Assembly (NCBI GenBank): GCA_965601925.1
Contig: OZ271854.1
Span: forward strand, 3,328,001-3,392,000
DNA: 64,000 nt
Direction of reading: 5' to 3'
Source: Alkalispirochaeta sp.
GTDB lineage: Bacteria > Spirochaetota > Spirochaetia > DSM-27196 > Alkalispirochaetaceae
Shown here: in pieces, positions 40,573 to 48,795 of the stretch
How positions within the stretch are numbered: the first letter of the stretch is position 1
How the letters are laid out: every line of letters begins with the position of its first letter
The notes under the pieces: model-generated
Told to the model about the DNA's origin: nothing
Database searches by the model: none
What the model saw: only the letters and a program-made list of their open reading frames with translations
Translations under genes and position numbers: made by a program

Positions 40573-42233
40573 CGGTCGGCATCGATCTGGGAACGACCAA
40601 TTCGTTGATCGCCTTTCTCGATGGGGATTCCCCGCGGTTGATACCGAACCGGCGCGGCAAGACAATTACACCGTCGGTCATCGGAGTTGATGCCGCGGGC
40701 GGGCTCTTGGTGGGTGAGGCGGCTCGCAATCAAGCCGTCGGTGCCGTCGATAGTACCGCGTATCACGTGAAGCGGCTGATGGGACGGCGAACCACCGTCG
40801 CACTGGGTGGTATCGGTCGGAGCCCTGAGGAGCTCAGCGCCGCCATACTGCGAGACTTACGCGCCCAGGCGTGCGCCTTTCTCGCCGGCGATCAGCACGA
40901 GGCGGTCGTTACCGTTCCGGCGCATTTCGACGAGCGGCAGCGCCTATCGACGACCGAGGCGGCATTTCTTGCCGGGTTTGACGCCGTGAGTCTCCTTAAC
41001 GAGCCCACGGCGGCCGCCTTGCCGTACGCCGCCCGCGACCGCAACCATGAACGGCTGGTCGTCTTCGACTTCGGAGGCGGTACCCTCGATGTGACCTGTC
41101 TGGAGCGCACGGGGCGTGAGTTTACCGTACGCTCGACCACCGGCGACGGTGAGCTCGGCGGCACTGATATCGATCATATCATCTGCGAGCGTCTCGCGGT
41201 TGAGTTTCGCGATCGCACGGGGAACGATCCGATGAACGATCCCCGACTACGCTACGTGATGTTCCAACTTGCCGAGCGGGCAAAGATCGATCTGTCGGAA
41301 ATGGAGGAGACGACCGTGAGCATGCCGTTCATCGGCGGCGGTCGGCAGGCGGTGCACCTGAACGTGAGGGTGACACGCGACGAGCTCGATGAGGCGATCG
41401 GCCCCTTGGTTGCGCGCGCTCGCGCCGTCGTCGAGGACGCGCTGGAGTCGGCGGGCTATCGCCGCGGCGGGTTCGACCGGTTGATCCTATCGGGCGGCAG
41501 CAGCCGGCTACCGGTGATACGAACGATGCTCCGTTCACACTACGACGCCCCTATCGCCGATCGGATAAACCCCGAAGAGGTCGTAGCCGTCGGCGCGGTC
41601 ATGTACGGCGAGAGCCGGAGGAGCGGCGCGTTTGCACTTCGTGAGGCGCTGTCGAGTACCCTCTCGGTCGAACTTGCCGACGGGAGCTGCGTGCCGATTC
41701 TTCGTAAGAATCAGACCGTTCCGACGCAGCAGACGCGTATCTTTACTACCGTCGCCGAGGATCAACAGGAGGCGGAAGTCCACCTCCTACAAGGCGATCA
41801 TCTCGACGCCAGCAGCAACCAGACACTCGGACGGTTCGTCCTCCGTGACATACAACGCGCTCCGCAAGGGGCCGCGCGTATTGTGGTGACCGTGTCGGTG
41901 AATGAGGAGGGACTCGTCAGTGTGCGTGCCGGTGACCGCGATACCGGTGCGTCTCGCGAGCTCGTCACACGCGCGTTACCTAAGGCCGAACGGCGGGAGG
42001 TCGAGGGAGATCGCAGGTATTATGCCGAGTCGGTCTTGCGCAGAGCCGAAGGGTTGTGTCGAATCGCGACCGAGGCCCTCCGTAAAGAGGTGGAGCAGAT
42101 TCTGTCCTCCGTGCGCTCGCGCGACGACTCCGGTCTTCCCGAGGACACGGTGGTCGTACTGGAGACGCTTATTCAGGAAATCGTCACCTCTCGGACGACC
42201 GTACCGGAAAGGAGCCATCGTGCAGCGTCGTGA
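40569..42233 (+). CDS. Divergent Hsp70-family chaperone (not the housekeeping DnaK)
   Basis: GIDLGTTNS, VTVPAHF, NEPTAAA, DFGGGTLDV, LSGGSSRLP and NPEEVVAVGA motifs; SBD-beta present (FTTVAEDQ), lid short; ATGA overlap with the upstream gene. Confidence 0.93.
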   Translation: MTVGIDLGTTNSLIAFLDGDSPRLIPNRRGKTITPSVIGVDAAGGLLVGEAARNQAVGAVDSTAYHVKRLMGRRTTVALGGIGRSPEELSAAILRDLRAQACAFLAGDQHEAVVTVPAHFDERQRLSTTEAAFLAGFDAVSLLNEPTAAALPYAARDRNHERLVVFDFGGGTLDVTCLERTGREFTVRSTTGDGELGGTDIDHIICERLAVEFRDRTGNDPMNDPRLRYVMFQLAERAKIDLSEMEETTVSMPFIGGGRQAVHLNVRVTRDELDEAIGPLVARARAVVEDALESAGYRRGGFDRLILSGGSSRLPVIRTMLRSHYDAPIADRINPEEVVAVGAVMYGESRRSGAFALREALSSTLSVELADGSCVPILRKNQTVPTQQTRIFTTVAEDQQEAEVHLLQGDHLDASSNQTLGRFVLRDIQRAPQGAARIVVTVSVNEEGLVSVRAGDRDTGASRELVTRALPKAERREVEGDRRYYAESVLRRAEGLCRIATEALRKEVEQILSSVRSRDDSGLPEDTVVVLETLIQEIVTSRTTVPERSHRAAS

Positions 42234-42867
42234 AGCGTTTCGGATACTCGGGCTTGATCCCGGCGCGCCCGTACAGACGGTAAAGGCCCGTTTTCGCGGC
42301 CTGGTTAAACGCGTGCATCCCGATGCGCGGCCGGCCGTGGGCCGCGCCGAGAGTATGGATGTCGGGACGATTACCGAGGCGTATCGTGTCATATCGCAGA
42401 CGTGGAGCGGGACACCTCGCTCGGCGCCCGACGGTCGGGAGCGGCGCGAAGCGGGAGCGGCGGGTAGGCGTGCGCCAAAGAGTACGCGTGTAGACCGGGG
42501 GAGTCGACTGTTCGATTTAGGGCGACTGGCGACGTCGGCGGCTCGTTCGGAGACGAGACGGTCGGCGCTCAGGGAACTCGGTCGCTCCGATATGTTCTCC
42601 GCGGTCGTCTACGTACAGCGCGCCTTATTCGATCCCGATCCGTCGGTGGCGTGCGAGGCCGCATCGATACTGCCGACGCTTCCCGGTATCGGTACCGAGA
42701 GGCTCCTCCTCGAGGTGTTCGATCGACTATCGGTAGCGCAGCGGCTGTGTGTACTGCGCACGATTCGGGACGCGTCGCTTCGAATGCCGCGCCTCGTTGC
42801 GTATGCTACGGCCGATTTGCATCCTCCCGTTCGAAGGCTTGCGGGAGATTTATACCGGTGGACGTGA
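42220..42867 (+). CDS. Class C J-domain protein with C-terminal HEAT-like repeats
   Basis: GTG 42220 after an AGGAG SD; AFRILGL..VKARFRGLVKRVHPD with HPD at residues 33-35; HEAT-like ALFDPDPSVACEAA and DLHPPVRRLA. Confidence 0.88.
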   Translation: MQRREAFRILGLDPGAPVQTVKARFRGLVKRVHPDARPAVGRAESMDVGTITEAYRVISQTWSGTPRSAPDGRERREAGAAGRRAPKSTRVDRGSRLFDLGRLATSAARSETRRSALRELGRSDMFSAVVYVQRALFDPDPSVACEAASILPTLPGIGTERLLLEVFDRLSVAQRLCVLRTIRDASLRMPRLVAYATADLHPPVRRLAGDLYRWT

Positions 42868-44531
42868 CCGAACCGTTGAAAAATAGACTCGCTCGGCTCG
42901 CTGAGACGGTAGAGCTTCATCTCTTGGAAGAATCGGATCCACCGTCGTCTTTGACGCCGGATATCGCCTCGGTCTTGGATGAGGTGCGTTTTCTCGGAGC
43001 CGACGACGTCGTCAATGTGCTCGAAGGTATTCGTCATCATCTCGAAGCGGATCCGCAATCGACGGACGATGAGTCGGATGAGCTTCTACCGCTCGTGTTT
43101 CGTCTCCGCGACCTTAGCGACGAGGCGGTCGAGATCGAAGAAGCCGCGACGGGCGAAAACGAGTATGTCGATCTCGATCTTCGTCCGGAGGTCGAAAGGG
43201 TTCTGATGCTCACCGAAGCGGACGAGCGATTGGTTAATGCCGGGGTCCAAAGCGGTGCGCGGATCTTTCTTATCGAGGTACGCGCGGAGACACGCGCTCT
43301 CGATGCGGTCCACGATGCGGTTGAGGCGCACTTTCGCGTCGTGCGGAGTCTTCGCCACGAGCAATCAGGTCGACTCACCTCCTTGGTCGTCGACACTACC
43401 GAGCCGGACGTGCGCCGGGCGCTCGAAGAGCGTCTCGATATCAAAGGGGTCGAAATTGCGGTACGCCCGGTGGACGGAGACGAGTTGCACCACCGGACGA
43501 TCGTCGCGTCCGGAGGGTATCGAGCGCTCCCGCGAATATCGGTCGCGGCGGACGCCGCAGCGCTGGAACGCATCTGGCTGTTTGCCGCGTTACTCGCGCC
43601 GAAGGTGGACGAAGCGGCTACCTCGGGATTGTGGAGCGACTTTCGTGCCGCCCTCGGTGAGGCGTTGACTATTGACGTTCCGACGCTTCTGGCGGATCTG
43701 CGAGAGCCGCTGGAGACGATGGCGCGCGCGAAGCATAGACCGGTACGTATTATCTTTTCCGGGGAGCCGCAACCGATCGGCGCGGAGATCGCCGAGAGTC
43801 TCCGCGAGACGGTCTTTGAGCTGTTGTCCAACGCAATTGCCCATGGAATCGAGACTGAAGCGGAGCGCGAGAGCGCCGGCAAACGAGCGATTGGAACGAT
43901 TCGGTGTATCGCCCAGTCTCGTCATCCCGGCCTCACGCTGAGGGTGCAGGACGACGGGCGCGGCGCCGACGAGACTGCGGTACGTCGGGCATTCTCCGGA
44001 CGTCGTCGCGGAGGACTCGCACGGGCGCGAAAGCTCGTTCGGGATCATCTGGGCGGGTGTATCGGCCTTCGTTCGAGCTCCCGCGGCACCACCGTGACCA
44101 TAGACCTACCGGCGGTCCGGGGAGTCTTTAGGGGATTGCCGTTTCGGAGAGGCGAAATCGACTTTGCGATTCCCGCCGCAATCACCGAAGCCGCGGAAGC
44201 GATCGTCGCGGAGCGAGTCGTTGTCGATGGGGCCGGCGGACGCTTTCTACGCTACCAACGGCGCGTCGTGCCGTTGGTCGAACCCCAACCGTCCGTCGCG
44301 CGGCAGGACGAGGGAGCGGAGGCGTCCGAAGCGCCGATCGGCCGCGACGACGATGGGCTCGACAATCGGCCGACCGCCGCGGTAGTGATACGTATCGGCG
44401 GGGCCCCGATCGCCCTGGCTGCCGACTACGTCGGAGACGAGACGGTGATGGTGTCTATGGAGGATGGAACGGTTTCTTTGCCGTCCGACCAAGGGCGCCG
44501 CCTCGCGGCGGTCTCGCTACGCGGGTTATAA
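42864..44531 (+). CDS. Degenerate CheA-like protein (HATPase_c plus CheW-like domain; probable pseudokinase)
   Basis: ELLSNAIAHGIE..ER..GK, VQDDGRG, GTTVTIDLP and CheW-like FAIP..VVPLV; no HxxKG phosphoacceptor motif; GTGA overlap with the J-protein stop. Confidence 0.82.
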   Translation: MTEPLKNRLARLAETVELHLLEESDPPSSLTPDIASVLDEVRFLGADDVVNVLEGIRHHLEADPQSTDDESDELLPLVFRLRDLSDEAVEIEEAATGENEYVDLDLRPEVERVLMLTEADERLVNAGVQSGARIFLIEVRAETRALDAVHDAVEAHFRVVRSLRHEQSGRLTSLVVDTTEPDVRRALEERLDIKGVEIAVRPVDGDELHHRTIVASGGYRALPRISVAADAAALERIWLFAALLAPKVDEAATSGLWSDFRAALGEALTIDVPTLLADLREPLETMARAKHRPVRIIFSGEPQPIGAEIAESLRETVFELLSNAIAHGIETEAERESAGKRAIGTIRCIAQSRHPGLTLRVQDDGRGADETAVRRAFSGRRRGGLARARKLVRDHLGGCIGLRSSSRGTTVTIDLPAVRGVFRGLPFRRGEIDFAIPAAITEAAEAIVAERVVVDGAGGRFLRYQRRVVPLVEPQPSVARQDEGAEASEAPIGRDDDGLDNRPTAAVVIRIGGAPIALAADYVGDETVMVSMEDGTVSLPSDQGRRLAAVSLRGL

Positions 44532-44576
44532 AAAAATGGAGGCGGCTCGCCTGGACGTCGTTCGCGTGCCGCCTCC
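44530..44576 (-). terminator. Rho-independent terminator (minus strand)
   Basis: Stem arms GGAGGCGGC (44538-44546) and GCCGCCTCC (44568-44576), followed on the minus strand by T7 (A7 at 44530-44536). Confidence 0.85.
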
Positions 44577-44603
44577 GTGAATGATCACATAATCACTCGT
44601 TGC
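44530..44603 (-). ncRNA. Candidate sigma28-dependent small RNA (~75 nt)
   Basis: Sigma28-like promoter directly upstream, small 5' hairpin, intrinsic terminator, no ORF. Confidence 0.45.
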
Positions 44604-44608
44604 TTTTA

Positions 44609-44636
44609 TTATCGGAACGGCGCACAGTCGACTTGA
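44609..44636 (-). promoter_or_regulatory. Sigma28-type promoter (minus strand)
   Basis: TCAA (44636-44633), 16-nt spacer, TCCGATAA (44616-44609). Confidence 0.55.
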
Positions 44637-44663
44637 TTCTTTATTGCCTCCTCCCGAATCCAC

Positions 44664-46535
44664 TCAGGCGCAATAGCGCAGCAGAAGCGCTCTATGGTAC
44701 TCCGCCGCTTCACTCAGGGCGGTATAGATCACGCGCGCCTGCGAAATACTCTCACGCGCGGTGGTGGGAACGCGTGTCGTCGCCTCTTCCAACGCCTCGG
44801 CGGCGAGAAATCCGGCGAGCTCACGATGGGTGAGGGAAGATAGGCGACGGTCGATCTCGTCGAGAGCACCGAGCGCCTTCCGTACTGTCGCCCCGTCGTT
44901 GTGCGCGTCGTCGGAGGAGAGCGCGTCGTCGGCGGCATCACACGTCGTCAAACCGTCGACGGCGATGGTGCGTATCTCGCATAGGCTCGCAGTCAGGCGC
45001 TCCACGAGGTCGTCCCCTCCGGTTCTCGTCCTCGCGGCTACGGCGGCAAGCGCCGAGCGCGCCGCCTCAAGCGCCTTTCCGGTCGCAGGAGTATCGGTAA
45101 GCCATTCTCGAGGACTTGTGTATGGAACGCCGCGAATTGCGCTGCTCTCCGGTGAGAATAGTACCGTCCGAATCTCCGGATGGCGCTGCGCCTGCTCCTC
45201 GAACCATCCGCGATAGACATCCATCCGTGCATCGCTCACTACCGGTTTGCCGGCGGCGGACGGCACGAACGCCGCCTCGGCACCGTGAAGGTACTTCCAC
45301 AGACCGTGTTCCGCGGGGCGTAGTCGTGCGGCGATGCGCTGTAGGCGGACTTCGAAAAATGAATCGCGGCAGTGCGTCTGGTAGCCGGGAAAGCCCAAAT
45401 CGACCCCGGCAAGGGCGATGTGCGTCGCGCCGAGGACGCGGGCGAGATCCCACGCCGATGTCGCTACCGAGCCACCGGCCCCCAACTTGAGAGTCCGTCC
45501 GACAAGGGCATCGAAAAACGAGCCCAACGGAAAGAGCGACGCGGAGACGAGGGTCGGGCCGGTCCACAACCGCAGTGTCCGAGGGTGGGTGGCGGGTTCG
45601 GCGACCAGAACCGTCGCGGCGCCGCGGACCGAGTCGAGGTGGCGGGTATTCCAATACTGCGGATCGGCGATGATCGCGATGTCGGCATCCAGACCCACAC
45701 GTTGCAATGCGGAAACCGCCGTATCGACCGCAATAACCAAAGCGTGACGAGTAAGGCTTGCGAGGTGCGGCAGCGTGGCATCCAGGGTGGGGCCCGCTCC
45801 GCATACGACCGCCGGGACTCCGGCGGCGATACCCGCCAATCGGTCGATATCGGGAATGACACCCCACCGGCGAATCGTATGCAGCGTGTTGCGCACCCAC
45901 AGTTTTCCGAACCGGCGGAGGGTGTTACGGTTCACGCGTCGTCGCTGCATATAGCGACGCAACTCGTCTCGAATGCGTTCAAAGCGTTCTTTTTGGGCCG
46001 CGGCGAGGCTCGCCAGTTCTGCGCATACCGGGTCGTCAATACCGAGGTCGCGCAGAATGGGCGCCAGCGTTCCGGGCAGCCACGCCGGAACGAGTCGATC
46101 GGGACCGTAAGCGCACCACCACGCCGCATTGCGATGGGCGAGGGCCGCGCTCAGAATCGCAGGCGACAGACAGATCACGACGATCGATCCGCCGAGATAT
46201 GACGACCCGCGCGCCTCGGCCAGCGCTTCGAGATGGTGGCCGAGGCCGAGGCCGATGATCACGACGCCGGCTCCCGCGTTGTCCGCCTTCTCCGCCTCGA
46301 CGACGAGCCCTGCGGCGATACGGTCGGCCTCTTTGCGCGGATCTATCGAGCTATGTATCCACCGTCCCGCGACGCGTAGGCTCGTATCTCCGGTGCGCGT
46401 GGGGCGGAGCTCGACGTGCAGACGCTCGTCGTCGTCGATCGCGGTGGCGTCGTTCAAGGCTGCGCGAATATCCTCGGCGAGGTGCGGCCGGCAGCGCATC
46501 AAAACGGAGAGATCGGTACTATGGGACCTCGTCAT
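44664..46535 (-). CDS. Motility-associated factor (Maf, DUF115/MptE-like) flagellin glycosyltransferase family protein
   Basis: IHSSIDPRKEA, GLGLGHH, VCGAGPTL, IAVDTA, DPQ, GGSVATSA and GVDLGF motifs. Confidence 0.85.
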   Translation of the reverse strand: MTRSHSTDLSVLMRCRPHLAEDIRAALNDATAIDDDERLHVELRPTRTGDTSLRVAGRWIHSSIDPRKEADRIAAGLVVEAEKADNAGAGVVIIGLGLGHHLEALAEARGSSYLGGSIVVICLSPAILSAALAHRNAAWWCAYGPDRLVPAWLPGTLAPILRDLGIDDPVCAELASLAAAQKERFERIRDELRRYMQRRRVNRNTLRRFGKLWVRNTLHTIRRWGVIPDIDRLAGIAAGVPAVVCGAGPTLDATLPHLASLTRHALVIAVDTAVSALQRVGLDADIAIIADPQYWNTRHLDSVRGAATVLVAEPATHPRTLRLWTGPTLVSASLFPLGSFFDALVGRTLKLGAGGSVATSAWDLARVLGATHIALAGVDLGFPGYQTHCRDSFFEVRLQRIAARLRPAEHGLWKYLHGAEAAFVPSAAGKPVVSDARMDVYRGWFEEQAQRHPEIRTVLFSPESSAIRGVPYTSPREWLTDTPATGKALEAARSALAAVAARTRTGGDDLVERLTASLCEIRTIAVDGLTTCDAADDALSSDDAHNDGATVRKALGALDEIDRRLSSLTHRELAGFLAAEALEEATTRVPTTARESISQARVIYTALSEAAEYHRALLLRYCA

Positions 46536-48403
46536 TCGAGTTCCAGCCGGATGTTCATGCCGTGTTGGAACACGGTTCCCGGTGGAGGGGTCTGTCGCAC
46601 GACCCAGCCGCTGCCCTCGATGAGGACGCGGACGTCTTCGCGTCCCAAGAGCGGTAACAGTGCGCGGATCGGCAGACCCGTATAGTCGGGAATCGTACCG
46701 TCGATCGGCGGGAGTTGCGGCTTGCGGGTAGTAATGGTCCCGGGGTGCGACACGACAATATCGGTATCGCGCGGTATGTCCCAGTACGGCACAAGGAATT
46801 CGATCAGCCGGTCGACTGCCGGTGCGGCGATTCGTCCGCCGTAAAAGCTCTCGCCGCGGGGATAGTCAATGACGACATACACGATTAACTGCGGATCCTC
46901 GGTCGGAAACAACGCCAGAGTCGAGGCGATGAAATGCTCCTCCGAGTACGTTCCCGTCTCGGGATCGAAGACCTCCGCCGTTCCCGTTTTCGCTGCGACC
47001 GAGATACCTTCGACTTGAATCCGCCGCCCCGTGCTGTTGGGGTCGGTCGCACGGTCCATGAGCGAGAGCATCGTCGAGGCGGTACCGGGGGACAGCACCT
47101 CGCGAATCGGATCGCGCTCGAGACGCCGCAGCACCTCTCCGGAGGGTGAGACGATGCGATCGATGATTTGCGGGCGAAGGAGTATGCCGCCGTTTGCGAG
47201 TGTCGTTGCGGCGGCGAATATCTGGATCGCCGTCGTGCCGATCTCCTGACCGATCGCCAAGGTCGGGCGGCTGCGCGTCGACCACTCCTCAGGCGGCGCC
47301 AATAGGCCGTTCTCCTCGCCGTTCAAGTCGACTCCGGTGCGCCGGCCGAAACCGAATTGTGTCAACATCGTGTAGAAGGCGCCGGAGTCCACCCGCTCGG
47401 ATGCGTAAGCCGCGCCGACATTGCTCGAGAACTTGATGATCTCTTCGGCGTCGACCCACCCGTAGTCGGCCAAGTCGGTGATAACGTATCCGCCGTCCTG
47501 TGACCGATATCCGCCCGAAGTATTGAAGCGATCGTCGGTATCGATGCCGCCGAGCTCAAGAAAACCGGCCACGGAGAACGCCTTGAATACGCTTCCGGGC
47601 TCGTATATCTGCGATATGATGCGGTTGCGCCGCTGTTCGTCCGAGTAGTTGCGAAAGTTGTTCGGATCGAACGAGGGTTGGCTGGACAACGCGAGGAGCG
47701 CGCCGGTCCGCGCCTCTCCGACGATGATCATGACCGAGTCGGCATCGTGTTCGTCCAGAAGATCCTGTGCGATTTGGTCGGCCTCGCTCTGTATCGCGAG
47801 ATCCAGAGTGAGAAAGATTTGGTTGCCCATCATGAGCGAGAGATCGTCCTCTCTACCGGTGGGCGGCGCCAACTCTCCGGAAAACATGTACTCGATACCC
47901 GAGAGCCCCACGTTATCTACACCGGTAAAGCCGATCACCGCGGCCGCGGCGTCGCGTTCGGGGTAGCTCCGACCGGTGTCGGGTTCCAGGCGTATGCCTT
48001 GCAGACGACCCTCGCTGCGTTCGATGCGAATGCGTTCGCTCTGGCTGGGCGTGATCGTACGCTCCACGATGAGAAAGCCGTTCGCCGCGGCGAGTCGGTC
48101 CGCGAGTTCATCCTCCGATAGGTCGAGAATCTCGGCCAGAGTCCGCGCGGTAGCCTCGATGTCCTCGATCTCCGGCCTCCACGCCGTTACCGTATCCAAG
48201 CGGGTCTGAATCGCCAGAATGCGTCCCCGACGATCCATGATAGGACCGCGTTCCACCTCACCGAGCGCCGCCGAGCGCGCGGCCACCGAACCGGGAAGCA
48301 TGATCGAGGCGTACCTGAGAATGACAAGCGCGGCCAAAGACGCCACGACGATTCCGACGATCGTGAGCCGCGGCGACCGTTTGTCCGTGCTATTATGATC
48401 CAA
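46532..48403 (-). CDS. Class B penicillin-binding protein (FtsI-like) with C-terminal PASTA-like domain
   Basis: RGPIMDRRG, RSYP, GLSGIE, SxxK (PGSVFK), SSN and KTG motifs. Start set at TTG 48403 after a GGGAGG SD. Confidence 0.92.
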   Translation of the reverse strand: MDHNSTDKRSPRLTIVGIVVASLAALVILRYASIMLPGSVAARSAALGEVERGPIMDRRGRILAIQTRLDTVTAWRPEIEDIEATARTLAEILDLSEDELADRLAAANGFLIVERTITPSQSERIRIERSEGRLQGIRLEPDTGRSYPERDAAAAVIGFTGVDNVGLSGIEYMFSGELAPPTGREDDLSLMMGNQIFLTLDLAIQSEADQIAQDLLDEHDADSVMIIVGEARTGALLALSSQPSFDPNNFRNYSDEQRRNRIISQIYEPGSVFKAFSVAGFLELGGIDTDDRFNTSGGYRSQDGGYVITDLADYGWVDAEEIIKFSSNVGAAYASERVDSGAFYTMLTQFGFGRRTGVDLNGEENGLLAPPEEWSTRSRPTLAIGQEIGTTAIQIFAAATTLANGGILLRPQIIDRIVSPSGEVLRRLERDPIREVLSPGTASTMLSLMDRATDPNSTGRRIQVEGISVAAKTGTAEVFDPETGTYSEEHFIASTLALFPTEDPQLIVYVVIDYPRGESFYGGRIAAPAVDRLIEFLVPYWDIPRDTDIVVSHPGTITTRKPQLPPIDGTIPDYTGLPIRALLPLLGREDVRVLIEGSGWVVRQTPPPGTVFQHGMNIRLELE

Positions 48404-48749
48404 CGAAAAAAACCCTCCCGCGGATAAGCGATGCCGGTACCGCTCCAAAGTGTCTCGAATCGATGGAGTGGATCGCGTTGTCGCCACGTACAAAATATCG
48501 GTCTCGATCGATCGTTCGCTCAAGTCTTTTGATCAAAAGTGTTCCATTCTTCGGGTGATGAAACACGACGATATCCCCGGGACGCGGAGATCGTAGAAGA
48601 AAAGCCAGCCGATTAACGAGAACGACGCGCCCCTCCGGAAGGGTAGGCTCCATGCTGTGTCCGTCTACGGCGTACAACGCCACCGTCGCGTGCAGCGTCA
48701 CGCCGAACATCAAAACGGTCAACGCAACCGTGAGTACCGGAAAACGCAC
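48393..48749 (-). CDS. Short S26-family signal peptidase I
   Basis: One TM; GHSMEPTL (Ser), IKR (Lys) and GDN..SIDSRHFG motifs. Confidence 0.9.
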   Translation of the reverse strand: MRFPVLTVALTVLMFGVTLHATVALYAVDGHSMEPTLPEGRVVLVNRLAFLLRSPRPGDIVVFHHPKNGTLLIKRLERTIDRDRYFVRGDNAIHSIDSRHFGAVPASLIRGRVFFVGS

Positions 48750-48754
48750 ACGGA

Positions 48755-48783
48755 ACTATAATACGCTCCATTTTTCTTGTCGA
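48755..48783 (-). promoter_or_regulatory. Sigma70-type promoter for the peptidase-PBP-maf operon, overlapping a plus-strand TATAAT
   Basis: Minus strand TCGACA, 17-nt spacer, TATAGT, 5 nt before the GTG; plus-strand TATAAT at 48757-48762. Confidence 0.5.
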
Positions 48784-48795
48784 TACTGCTAATGT

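Noticed and set aside
41902..42863. Longer ORF-track starts for the J protein (41902) and CheA-like protein (42651)
   Set aside because: They overlap upstream genes extensively; SD and stop-start coupling support 42220 and 42864.
48404..48523. N-terminal extension of the PBP ORF
   Set aside because: It overlaps the S26 peptidase gene; TTG 48403 has a good SD and precedes the TM.
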